A stretch of DNA of 64,000 nucleotides from Euprymna scolopes (taxonomy: Eukaryota), in assembly GCA_053919585.1 (NCBI GenBank), contig CM132819.1; one strand, 5' to 3'. Below are positions 1-13,100 of the stretch, one piece after another. The position numbers and the translations under genes are program-made. The notes under the pieces are model-generated. The model was given only the letters and a program-made list of their open reading frames with translations. It was not told the origin of the DNA and ran no database searches. Within the stretch, counting starts at the first letter, position 1. The number at the start of each line of letters is the position of its first letter.

Positions 1-545
1 CGTTGAATATATAGGTTGAGAATTGTCTTCACACACATTCTAACTTTTATAGATAACAAACAAGTTTTTGATGAGCTGTTCCATATAAGTTAACAAATTT
101 ACCGAATTTCTATTACAAATGATTACTATATTGTCCAATTTTTACTGTACACTCTTTAAACCTTATCCTCGAGTGGCCTCTTGGCCTTGATAAGTGGTGA
201 TACCTATGTAAAAGAAAAATATAGTTAATTTTTTTTTTTTTTTTTTTTTTAATTTGTTTGGAGTCAGAAATTAATTTTGTTAGAACATAGCCTATGGCGA
301 ATATTCAGCTTTCTGTGCTAATTATGTTTTTAATTACGTTTATAATTAGACTAAAATAAATAAAAAGAAATTTGAAATATAATCTACTTATTACAATTTT
401 GGTACAATCAAATACTTGTATTAATTGGATTTACTGTCTCATCTTGATCGTTATTCTCACGTTTTGCTCCATGAAACCTCAGACCTTCAGGTGCTTCTAG
501 TCGAAGTTAGGAATCTATATCGAAATTAGCACACTTTAAAATCAG

Positions 546-592
<47 letters not shown>

Positions 593-1074
593 GAGAATGA
601 CATAAATCAGAACAGTAGTTCAGATCATCTAAATTTATCATCTAGAAGATTCTAAAAATCAAATATTTGATAACATTTTTTGCTAGAACAAATGTTATGT
701 TTCTAAATGTAAATACATCAGATGTGTTAACAAATAAGTAGGTTCTTGGAAGTCACTATTGACAGCTTTATTTTTCTTTATTCAGTTCCTCTATTAACAG
801 ATATATAAAAGTCATAAAACGTGCAATAAAGTTAGTCTAATATTAGAAATTAAATAAAGGAGTAAATTTACAAAAAGTTGACTATAGCACCTGAAGAAGG
901 CTACAGAGTTCACCAGACAGAATATTGTAAACACAATAACCAAGATAAAAACAATATCTCAAACATGTACCCAAGAAAAATATTTGACATAAATTGAAAA
1001 ACAAAAAGAAAATGAGAATTGTTCTAAATTATATTTTCAACATTCTTTAAATTTGATTTTATTAATCAACTTAC

Positions 1075-1194
1075 GACAATTTTGTTCATCTGAAGCATCA
1101 GAACAATCAAATGTTTTGTCGCATTTCTTGCTAGCATCGATGCATTGTCCGTTTTTACATTCAAATTGGTTGGGTTTGCAACGTTGTGAAGTAG
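1075..1194 (-). CDS. LDLa exon (120 nt)
   Basis: CAG..GTAAGT; [39 protein letters not shown]. Confidence 0.9.
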
Positions 1195-4100
1195 CTGGGT
1201 GATTGTGAGGTTAAAGAAAGAGAAAGGTGCAGTGCATAGAGAGACAAGTGCAAAACGATTTTTAAAAATAGGAGAAAAGGTGAGAAAAGAAAACTCGAAA
1301 AAGTTTTCCTTAAGAAATCATGACATTTTATAGAAAGATAAGCGCAAAAAAATGCAAAACATTACGAAAAAAAAAAAAAAGATTTTATAAAAGAATAATT
1401 AAATTTTATAAAAAGAATAAACGGTTTTATATAGAGAGGATTCATTAAAAAAATGATTTATCAGATTTTAATGATTGAATTTATATATTTTTTAAAATAT
1501 TCTTTTAAATTAGTAAGTTGAATTTAATTTCATTAGCCTCTATGTGCTTGCACATAATTAAATTATTGTGTAATTTATACATTTTCATGGGGGTGATACC
1601 AAACAAGTTGGAATGAATAATTAATAAATTCATGGAGATTTCAACATATTGTGAATTATTAATTCACCTTTATCTTATTTAATTTTAAAATGTACAATTT
1701 TCATTGGTTGATTTACAACCAATCAACTTACGACAATCTTGTTCATCCGAAGCATCAGAACAATCAAATGTTTTGTCACATTTCTTGTTAGCATTGATGC
1801 ATTGTCCGTTTTTACATTTGAATTGGTTGGCTTGGCAACGTTGTGATGTCGCTAAATGAGTGAGAGGTGAGAGAAAGCGAAAGGTGCAGTGCATAGGAAA
1901 ACAAGTGCAAATAATGTGATATCAATCAAGAAAATATTAAAATAAGAATCTACGAAACATTAATCAAAGAGTTCGATCATATTATCAAAAATAACTAAGT
2001 TTTAGACCTATTTCAAAACATGAAAATCAATGAATAGTTCGAGTTAATTCAACCTGACAAAATAGATGCATCAACCTCTTATATACTACTTAGGCATATG
2101 CCGAAAGGTTAATTAATTTGCATATTTGTTTTAAAAAATTATTTAAATTAACTATTGTATGTTATTGTATTTAATTCAATGTTTTTATTCCACGACTATT
2201 TATCTGAGAGTCCATCTTTCAAACTCCTTGGCCTAACGTTCACAGGAAACATGAGTTGGAACAATTACATTGAAGGCATTGCCAGGGCCGCCGCAAGAAA
2301 GGTAGGCTCTCTCTACCGTGCTAAAAAACTACTAACACCCGAAAGTATCCTGTACCTCTATAAGGCCACCATTCGCCCATGTATGGAGTATTGCTGCCAC
2401 ATCTGGGCTGGTGCATCTGCTACTAGTCTCTTGCTCCTTGACAAGGTTCAAAAGAGAGTCGCAAACCTGATAGGCCCTGAACTGGCATCTAAGCTTCAGC
2501 CTCTGTCCCATCGACGAAATGTTGCATCCCTCTGCCTTTTCTACAAGTATTTTAGTGGTGAATGCTCTGACGAACTGCAATCACTTGTGCCCCCACGACG
2601 TGAGCACCCTCGACAAACCCGACAGGCTACTAGATCCCACCCCCACACTGTAGAGGTCCCTAGATGTAAAAGATCTTTTTACTCCAATAGTTTCTTCCCC
2701 AGAACCGCAAGACTCTGGAATTCCATTCCAGGTCCCTGCTTCCCCAACAGTACTGACATGCAGAAGTTCAAGTGTAACGTGAACCGACACCTTGCTGCCC
2801 AAATCCGTACATAGTACCCCAGTAGTTGTTGCCCCTGATAGTAGCCCCCTACACCAAAGTGGCAATTTGCCTTGTTTGGGGTGAAAATGTAATTAAAAAA
2901 AAAAAAATAAAAAATATAATAAATCATACTGTTTCACAATAGTGTTTTTTTTCTAAGATAAATATGTAGCATTATTTTCTATTTGTGTCGATATGGTACT
3001 TCCTTTATGTAATTTTCATAATGTTTAATGTCCAATCAACTTACAACAATCTTGTTCATCTGAAGCATCAGAACAGTCAAATGTTTGATCACATTTCTTG
3101 TTAGCATCGATACAGTGTCCGTTTTTACATTTGAATTGGTTGGGTAGGCAACGTTGTGCAGTTGCTAAGAGTAAGAGGTGAAAGAAAGAGAAAGGTGCAG
3201 AGCATCGAAAGTGCAAATACGAGAAAGAGAAGAAAAATATTTTCCTGAAGAAATATTTTATGAATTCAGAAAAAATAAAACATAAGTCATATTGAAATAA
3301 GTATTTATCTGTTCAACTGAATTAGAATTATTGATTAAAATATGACCTTAAAATACTAATGTCAGAAATTAACATTAATTTTCAGTAATGAAATATACCA
3401 AATACATTTTAATATCCTTTCGAAATTATCTTTTTATCATATCTATCATTTTCTATTGAGAATCTTATAACCAATAATTAAATGGACATTTTATTTTAAA
3501 TGATAACATTGCGATGTGACAGAGTGAAAGGCAAAAAAAAGAAAAAAGGTGTAGTGTTTAAACACTACAATGCAAAAAAATGCAATATAAATAAAAAAAG
3601 AAAAGGCTTTCTTAAAAAAAATGAGATATTTAAGCAAAGGTTCGTGAAATTCATAAGCATTGAAATTATGAATGATAAATATGATTATCTTGAATATTTT
3701 AACTCTGTAATAACTTCCAAATATTTGCAACAAGTTTCACCACCCATATCAACTGGTGTATGGTTGAATATAATAGCGCACATTAACTTGCACAGGTTTA
3801 TTTTATGATAATTTATATTTCAGTTTAATAAAAAGGTAGAAACGAAAATGGAGGTTTCTGCTTGTGTAATTTTTTTTTAACTAGAAGGGTCACGAATTAT
3901 TAAGGCCAAACTTACAACAATCTTGTTCATCTGAAGCATCTGAGCAATCAAATGTTTTGTCGCATTTCTTGTTAGCATCGATGCATTGTCCGTTTTTACA
4001 TTCAAATTGGTTGGGTTGGCAACGTTGTGCAGTGGCTAAGAGTAGGAGGTGAAAGAAAGAAAGTTGCAGTGCATAGAAAAACAAGTGCAAAGAAAACGAA

Positions 4101-7100
4101 AAATGGAAGAAAAAAAGCTTTTCAGAAATATTTTATAGAAAGATGAACGCAAAGAAAAAATGTGAAGGTAGAAGAGGTTTTAAAACGGAAGAATTAAATT
4201 TTATAAAAAAAAAGAATTACGATTATTGCTAAGAATTTAAATTTAATTATTAATAGTGTTTTAACTGTTTTTCTAAAATTACAATTATATCCTAACTACT
4301 GAATTCAAATAATTATATGCAAGAGAAAATACTTTTGGTTTAAAAAATCACGTCTGTATAAATTTTTTTCTTTTTTTTTTTTTTACTTTTGAAAAAGTTA
4401 TTTAGATTCTTGTTTTAAAGTTTATCAATCTTAAATTGTGTAAATTAATGCAATTTCGATATTTGCTAATCAACTTACAACAATCTTGTTCATCTGAAGC
4501 ATCAGAACAATCAAATGTTTGATCACATTTCTTGTTAGCATCGATGCATTGTCCGTTTTTACATTTGAATTGGTTGGGTTGGCAAAGTTGTGATGTGGCT
4601 GAGAAAAGGAGGTGGAAGAAAGAGAAAGGTGCAGTGCAAAGGAAAGTGAAATAGAAACAGAAAAAAATGGCAAGACAGAAGAAAATGAGAATTTTAAAAA
4701 AGGATTCATGAGATTTCTTGATTCACACTAAATTCATATTTTAGTACATTATTAAGATTTATTTAGGCATATATTATTTCCATAGAACAGGCATCCGATT
4801 TCAATCTGTATGAATGTCTTAAGAAAACCGTCTACTTCTTAAGATATAAAATTTACAAGATTAAAATTAAATGTAAAAGATGCTTCTTTGCAATAATCCT
4901 GCCGTTACAAAATGCTTGTTGGTACTTAAGCAGAATAAGGATTTTTCTATTGTTAGACTTTTTCGGGCAGTTTATGTAAAAATGCCGAAACACCGGGTCA
5001 ATAAAATCGCAGCAGCAAACGTCGTTTAAAACATTTGTCATCAACAAAAATAATCATTAAAAAAAAATCATACAAAATTTTTGTGTTTGCTATCAGTTGA
5101 TTTTATTTTAAAAAAAAAAAAAAAGTGAAAAATAATGAACCTTACCTTACAAGGAGTGTTTTTCTCTTGATTTGATATATAGTTTTCTTAGTTTTCTAAA
5201 AATTGTCCAATAAAACTTGTATAAAATTGTATATTTTTCATAACAAAAAGAAGTTGTTCTTAATTTAATTAATTTTTTTTATTGAATTATCTTCATAACA
5301 AAGAAAATGTTTTTCTATATAAAAAAATTGATCAGTGTTTGTGTGAGAAAAAAAAAAAAAAGATCACAAAATTTCGGTCGACATCTTCCAGCATTTTACA
5401 TAAATGCCCGGAAAATTCCGATGGTAGTATGGTCCTTATTCTGCATAAGTACCAGATTGTTTTATTTTCTAAATAATTCGACTTTTGGTGTAACTACTTC
5501 AACAGAGTCGTAAACCCTTAGAATCGAAATCTGTTTCAATAACATCATCATCATGAGCATAAACAAACAAGTAATTTTCAGTATTTTACTTCTGAATGTT
5601 ACTAGTGTTGGGACGATTAATCGGAATTGGAAATATTGTAACTTGTTAAGGTATTAAAATCAGTATTAGAAACGGAAATGTTTGTATGGATTTTCCGATA
5701 CCAAAAAAAAAAAAATATTTTAATTTTATTTTGCTTGTTTTTGTTTAAAACTATCTTCCATTACTAATAAATATTTATGGATTTTAAAACTAAAATTTAT
5801 AAATCATCTCCCACAATGTATTTTTATTTTATATTTGCGAAAATATATGCACATATTAAATGTTTTGAAAATAATCTGGAAAAAAAAAATCAACAACTCA
5901 AACTAAATATTTAGCGATTTTAAAAGAATTGGAATCAGGATTAGTAAAAATATTGGAATTGTCACATCACTACTTACTACATAATAGCACTATGAGAGTC
6001 GCCATGTTGTAAGCTGTATTATAACTACGGCAACAGAAAATGTTTAGTGTATAAGGTTTATGTGCACAAATACTTGAAAGCCCCAAAATATAAATGTGAG
6101 CGATGTGTGCTGCCATGTCAACATATAATTTCAGTATGTAATTAGACGAATGTTTGTCTGAGTACAGTTTGATAAAACTTATGTTCATTAACAAAGATTG
6201 AAATAAAGACCTATAGCTACAAAAAACTGATGTTTAAAAGTCGTTATTGTTATTTTGACCAACATTCTTTACATGAATTTGATCTTAGTAAATGTCTAAA
6301 ATATAAAGTTTAAGCTTAAGGAGCTTAAAGAAGAAATTGAAATTCAGGAAATCTTACTTAGTGTCTAATAACTATAAACCAAATTTAATGCAAATGTGAA
6401 ATATTTGAATTTTGAAATAAGTTGCACCTATATTATTTCCTCTAAAACCTCTTTGAACTACTCTAAACTAACTGAAATTTGAAGAATATTTATTGATTGA
6501 GATAAATGGCAACTAGGGGTGACTCCAACCCCACTCCATCAATCTCTGAAATTGGGACTCTTCTTAGCAAAATGTAAACTAAAGCTAATTGTTTATTAAA
6601 AATGCTTTGATATTAAAAAAAATAAACTTATGATTGGAGTATCTACATAAAAAAAAAAACAAATTCAGAAAATGAGATTTTTTTATATTAAAAACCTCCA
6701 AAACTAGTTTGTGCTTTTCTTTAATTACTTACTACAATTGGATTTATCTGGCCCATCGGAACAAGCATCTGAATCATCACATTTGTAGATAGCATTTACA
6801 CATTGTCCGTTTTTACATTCAAATTGGTTTTTACATTCAGATTGGCAATGTAATGCAGAGCCACCCCCTCCCCCAGTATAATTCTAATTAAAATATAACT
6901 CATTTGTTACATGACAATAACTAGATTTAATTACTTACTACAGTTGGATTCATCTGACCCATCGGAACAATCAACATAGTCATCACATTTGTAGCTAGCA
7001 TCTATGCATTGTCCGTTTTTACATTCAAATTGGTGAGCTGGGCAACGTTGTGAAGTAGCTGAGCAAGAGAGGTTAAATACAGAAAAATGTTAGGTGCAGT

Positions 7101-10100
7101 GCAAAAGGGAGATAAGTGAGCCGAAAAAATGTATACACAAAGAAAAGCAATGATTTTTTTTATTTACATTTGAGTATATATTTATTTTCATTAAATACGG
7201 TTATGTTTATTGAATCAAAATATCTTAAATATTTCACACATCTCTAACTACTATCAATGCTATCATATTGGAGGAGTGTGCTCACATGATAGATATAGCA
7301 TTTCCTTAACACATGACAATTGAAATATATCCAAAAAGCCACTGTATTTTTTTTTTAGACTTATTACATCATTTTGCCGGCTTTTCTCTATTAATGATTC
7401 CCTTATTTTAGTTCTTTAATCTTCACATTCCACAAGCGATTTTTCTGACAAAAAGTGAATTGCTGACCCATTGGAACAATCAACATAATCACATTTGTAG
7501 ACAGTATTTTTACATTGTTGGTTTTTACACTCAAATTGGTGAGCTGAGTAAATTGATATAGAGGCTGAAAGGTACACAAATGTTAGGTGCAGTGCAAAAT
7601 GGAGACAAGCATAGTAAAAAGAGAACGGATTTCAAGAAAGGGAGTGAAAAATATATAAATTACTTTTCTTTATGCAACCTGCATCTACCCGACGTTACCC
7701 AGGAATCATTTTACTGTTATGTTTGTTTCACTTATTGAATTTTCTCACATATTTTTGCCCTTTATCCAAACTGATTTCTTATGAGAAATATTTACATTTT
7801 TTAAAATATAATTAAACAATGGAATATTTTTATATAATAGTAGAGACTGAGATAATCTAAGGTTGCATCTATTTCGTGCACTAACATCAAAGTCAAGAAG
7901 GCATGCTTATAATAATAATAATAATTGCTATTTCACCCCAAATAAGGCACAGTGCCACTTAGATGTAAAGGGCTACTATTCGAGACATAATTTACAGGGA
8001 GTTGAGCAACAAGATATCTGTTCACATTACACTTGAACTTCTGCATGTCAGCACAGTAAGGGAAGCAGGAACCTGGGAGTGAATTTCAAAGTCTAGAAGT
8101 CCGAGAAAAGAAATAAGAGTAAAAGGCTTTCCAACATCTAGGGATCTCTACTGTGTAGGAGTGCGATTTTGCTGGTTGTTTGTCAGGGGTATTTACATTA
8201 AGGGCTTGGAGTTCGTCAGAACATCATCTATTTAAAATAATGCTAAAATAAGCACAAGCATGCAACATTTCATCGATGGGACAGGGGTTGGAGTTTGGTT
8301 GACAGAGCGGTACCTAGCTAATGATTCTTTGTCGAACCCTATCTTGGAAAAAGAGAGGCTAGTAGCAAATGCATCAGCTCACCTGTGGCAATAATACTCT
8401 CTACATGTTTTAAGTTAATTGAACATTGAACTTTACACAATACGCGACAACTTGTTTATATAATACTTATGCATATGCAATATCAGTCGTAAGGTTAATT
8501 AATACCCAATCAACTTACGACAATCTTGTTCATCTGAAGCATCAGAACAATCAAATGTTTTGTCACATTTCTTGTTAGCATCGATACATTGTCCATTTTT
8601 ACATCTGAAATGGTTTGGTTGACAACGTTGTGCAGTGGCTGAGTGAGTGAGAGGTGAAAGAAAGGTGCAGTGCATAGGAAGACGAGTGCAAATAATGTTA
8701 TATGAATTCAGTAAATGGTGAGAAGAATGAGAATTAAAGAATTGTTATTAAAGTCACTTTATTAAAGCATTAATTGTTAATAAAGTCACTAGATTTTTAT
8801 CAAAATAATTGAAAATAGTATGTCAAAGAACATTTTTTTGGTTTTGAGAAAGCAATTCTATATTTTGCAGCACTAAAAAATAGTTGACATTATGTTTGTA
8901 TCAATTAGAAATTGCATCTATTTATGCAGTAATCATTTACTACAATCTTGTTCATCTGATGCATCATAACAATCAAATATTCCGTCACATTTCTTGGTAG
9001 CATCGATGCATTGTCTTTTATATGTAGTATAAAGAAAACGGGATATGGTAGCTTATAAAAACTGTAAGCGTATTTAATATAGCAAAGACAAATTGAGATT
9101 ATAGCAGTCAGGTGCGTAAGTTATAACTTTTCTATATTTGTCAAAAGCAGAAATAAAACCTGGCTGAAGAATGAGTTCAGGTTTTGTTGAATGACGTAAG
9201 ACTGAGCACTGACCTAACAGATACTCTACAAAACAGCCATATTGGTTTCCAATTATGGACTTTAGAGTTTGATTAAAAAAATGTTTAAATGGAGTCCATA
9301 AGAAATCTAATCAACTTACGACAATCTTGTTCATCTGAAGCATCAGAACAATCAAATGTTTGGTCACATTTCTTGCTAATATCGATGCATTGTCCGTTTT
9401 TACATTCGAATTGGTTGGGTTGGCAACGTTGTGGTGTTGCTGAGTGAGTGAGAGGTGAAAGAAAGAAAGGTGCAGTGCATTGGAAAAAAAAGGAGTAAAA
9501 AAAAAAAAGACAAAAGCTTCCCTAAAGAAATGAGATTTTTAAGAAAACATGAAATTTATTGATTATCATTAAAGCTATTGATGATAAATATGATTGTCTT
9601 GAATATTTTAACTCTTTAATAACTGAAATATTTGCAACAGGTTTCATATCACATTTTGACAGATGTAGGCACAAACATAATAGAGCATATTCTTGCCTAG
9701 TTGGATTTTTGCAGATTTTTAATTTTACTTGTGTTAGATCCCACATAATAATCATGCATTATATTTCTGAAGAAATTGTACACGCCTTTACATTTTTTAA
9801 TCATTATATATATATATATATATATATATATAGCTGTACTAACAATTATTATTTAGATTTATTATTAAAAATTGTGTCGATTTATGTAATATATTTTCTC
9901 ATCAACTTACAACAATCTTGTTCATCTGATCCATCAGAGCAATCAAATGTTTTGTCACATTTTTTGCTAGCATCAATGCATTGTCCGTTTTTGCATTCAA
10001 ATTGGTTGGGTTGGCAACGTTGTGCAGTGGCTGGGTGAGTGAGAGGTAGAAAGAAAGAAAGAAAGGTGCAGTGCATAGGAAGACAAATTCAAAGAAAAAA

Positions 10101-13100
10101 TAGTGCACAAATAAAAATAGTTACTATAGGAAAGTATTTATGGCATTATTGAGAAGAATTAAAGCATCAATGTAAATTTAAGATTTTAATTAAAGTTAAT
10201 TGTAATAGAATTGTTTAATTAGAATATCTTGAACGTTAGTGAGAAATGTTGAGAACTGCTATTTTAAATGAAAGTGAATCTGCGTGAATTTATAGGGGAT
10301 TATGAAAAGACTTTTTTTATATTTACGATTAAAAGCAAAAAGTAACGCAAAAAATGTCCACCGACCAGTTTTGCCCTCATGAACGAACATGAATAGTCTC
10401 AGGGATAGTCATACTCAATATGTGTGTGTGTATATCATTTAAAGATCAGATCTTGGAAACTATGCATTGTATATATACCATAATGCTGGTTTTATTTTAA
10501 ATATACATAGTTCCCACCGGTTTTTCCTTATAAAATAACAACTCGATACAGCTCTTGATGAGCGAGCCCAAAACCGGTAGGCTTATTTTATTTTTATATA
10601 TTTTGGTTTTGCTTTTAATCTTGCATATTAGAAAACAAAAGTCTTCTCTTCATAATTTCAATAATTAATTTTTATTTTATAATTTTGAAAATTCAGTTTT
10701 AATTTATTTTATATATTAACTAGCAATATTTGCCCGGTGAAGAGATTTTAGTTTTTAATTTTTATTTCTTTACAAATTTTTAAACTTAAAAGAAAAATCA
10801 AATCTTCATAAGATAAACAATTCCTACACTAATTATCCCTATTGATAATTTTTATTTTTAGCTCTTTATTTTCAAATATTTCATATTTCCTTTTGTCTAT
10901 GCTGAACTGAGTAATTTCGTTAGACAAATTGTTAGAAAGTATGTCATTATGCTGTCAATGACATGGTGTGATAATAAAACGTGAAAATTGGTTTGTTCAA
11001 AGCAAAGTTTGATTGCAAACTTAAATGCTATTCCAGTCTGATTTAAAAAAAATCCGACAAGATAACCTTATATGCTAGATAAAATTAATTAAAATTAAAT
11101 TAATTAAATTCAAGCCCTTATTGCTAATCTACTTACTGCAGTTGGCTTCATCCGAAGCATCAGAACAATCAAATGTTTGGTCACATTTCTTGCTAACATC
11201 AATACATTGTCCGTTTTTACATCTGAATTGGTTGGGTTGGCAACGTTGTGCAGTGGCTGGGTGAGTGAGAGGTGAAAGAAAAAGAAAGGTGCAGTGCATA
11301 GAAAGACAAGTGCAAAGAAAAAGTGAACTATAAAGATAAAGAATAAATGAAAAATAAAATTTTTTTAGGTAAGGTATACATTCTTTCACTGTGGCCATAC
11401 TATCTAAGTCTCCTATTCTGTACAAATTTAATCTTCTGGGATCATCAGAACAAAGCCTGCGTTGTACACTGACATAAGACATCCATCATATCATTCTACA
11501 GAGTTCGAATAAGATCCATTTGTAAAAGTTTGGAGGTTACATTGGTCGAAATGAAAACTTTCAAGATGAGAATAGTTGTCCAAAAAAATCCAAATACAAA
11601 CATCAATCTTTATCCTAAAAATTTGGAAATACACGAAACAAAATTGTTTATATTTTAGATGAATTCTTATGAAAAAAAAAATCAGTGTATTTGAACTTTT
11701 ATGAAATATTTCTACGTTACTGTTATATTTTTATTTCGTAAAACCAAGGTTCTCCTTAAGACCCAATGGACAAAGAAACAGCTATTCTAGTAATAAGAGA
11801 GTTCTTTCCCTTTATTATGTCGAACATTCAGAAGAGCAAGGAAAGGAGACTGAATCTTCAGATTAACAACATGGTCACAATCAACAAGTAGGTCTCTCTT
11901 ATTTTTGATATTTGCCAATATGTAAATATCTCTAGGATGAATAATTATATTTATAAAACGTTACCATTTTAAATTTATTTGAGTTTTGTGACATATTATA
12001 CTAGTATGTTTATCTTGATATTGAGATAATTCAAATGTTTAAATGTCAATATGAAATTTTATCTAAAGAACAATTCGATACGCGACAGGAACTAGATTTA
12101 ATTACTTACTACAGTTGCTTTCATCCGACCCATCGGAACAATCGACATAGTCATCACATTTGTAGATAGCATTTATACATTGTCCGTTTTTACATTCAAA
12201 TTGGTTAGCTGGGCAACGCTGTGAAATGGCTGTGCACGAAAAATGAAACGTGTCAAAATGTTAAGTGCAATGAAAAGGGAGATAAGCATGCAAGAGAAAA
12301 TGGAAAACAAACAAAAAAAATAGTTTCCATGTGTGTTTGAAGATAAAATTACAATGTTTTGTAAGGATGTACTACATCCTTTCCTTTTTTATTACTTCCA
12401 AAGTAGTCTATCTTTAGCCAGGTCTTTATTTATCCTTACTTTCCCTCAAATTCAACCCCTATCATTTCCTCCCATGTTTTCCTTGGTCTTCCATTTCCAA
12501 CTGATCCTATTACCACAACTCTTCTACATCTAGTCTTTCTAGGTTATGCTAATCTTTTTCTACTATTAGTATTTCCATAATAGGGGTTCGACTGAGCTTC
12601 AGGCTCTGCCCTCCCCTAATAATCTTAGCAAGACAATATATCCAAAAATTGCAAAATTTTATCACGTAGAAGATCTATTAGTTCAGAAAAATGTATAAAT
12701 ATTATGGTAAGAATCAATAGCTGACATAAACGTCACANNNNNNNNNNNNNNNNNNNNNNNNNNNNNNNNNNNNNNNNNNNNNNNNNNNNNNNNNNNNNNN
12801 NNNNNNNNNNNNNNNNNNNNNNNNNNNNNNNNNNNNNNNNNNNNNNNNNNNNNNNNNNNNNNNNNNNNNNNNNNNNNNNNNGCCTGTTTAAGGCCATATT
12901 CCGACTATCAATGTAAAGAAAAAAAGCGAAATAAACAATTTTATGTAAAAATTATTTTATGCAGAAAAAAAAACATCTACTTTATTAACTTTCGTAATTT
13001 ATGGATATATTGCTATTTTCGACAACAAAGCCAACTGACACGTATGTAGCAGCAGCGACATCTCACATGAAAATGACCAAGATGTGGCGGGAGGCGATGT

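Noticed and set aside
2155-2814. 219-aa ORF as a host gene
   Set aside because: It is the C-terminal part of a LINE ORF2; the N-terminal residues are read-through of AT-rich intron
12738-12881. Gap hiding further exons
   Set aside because: Both flanks are collinear with the same short intron stretch in sister units, so no exon is expected, though a collapsed whole unit cannot be excluded
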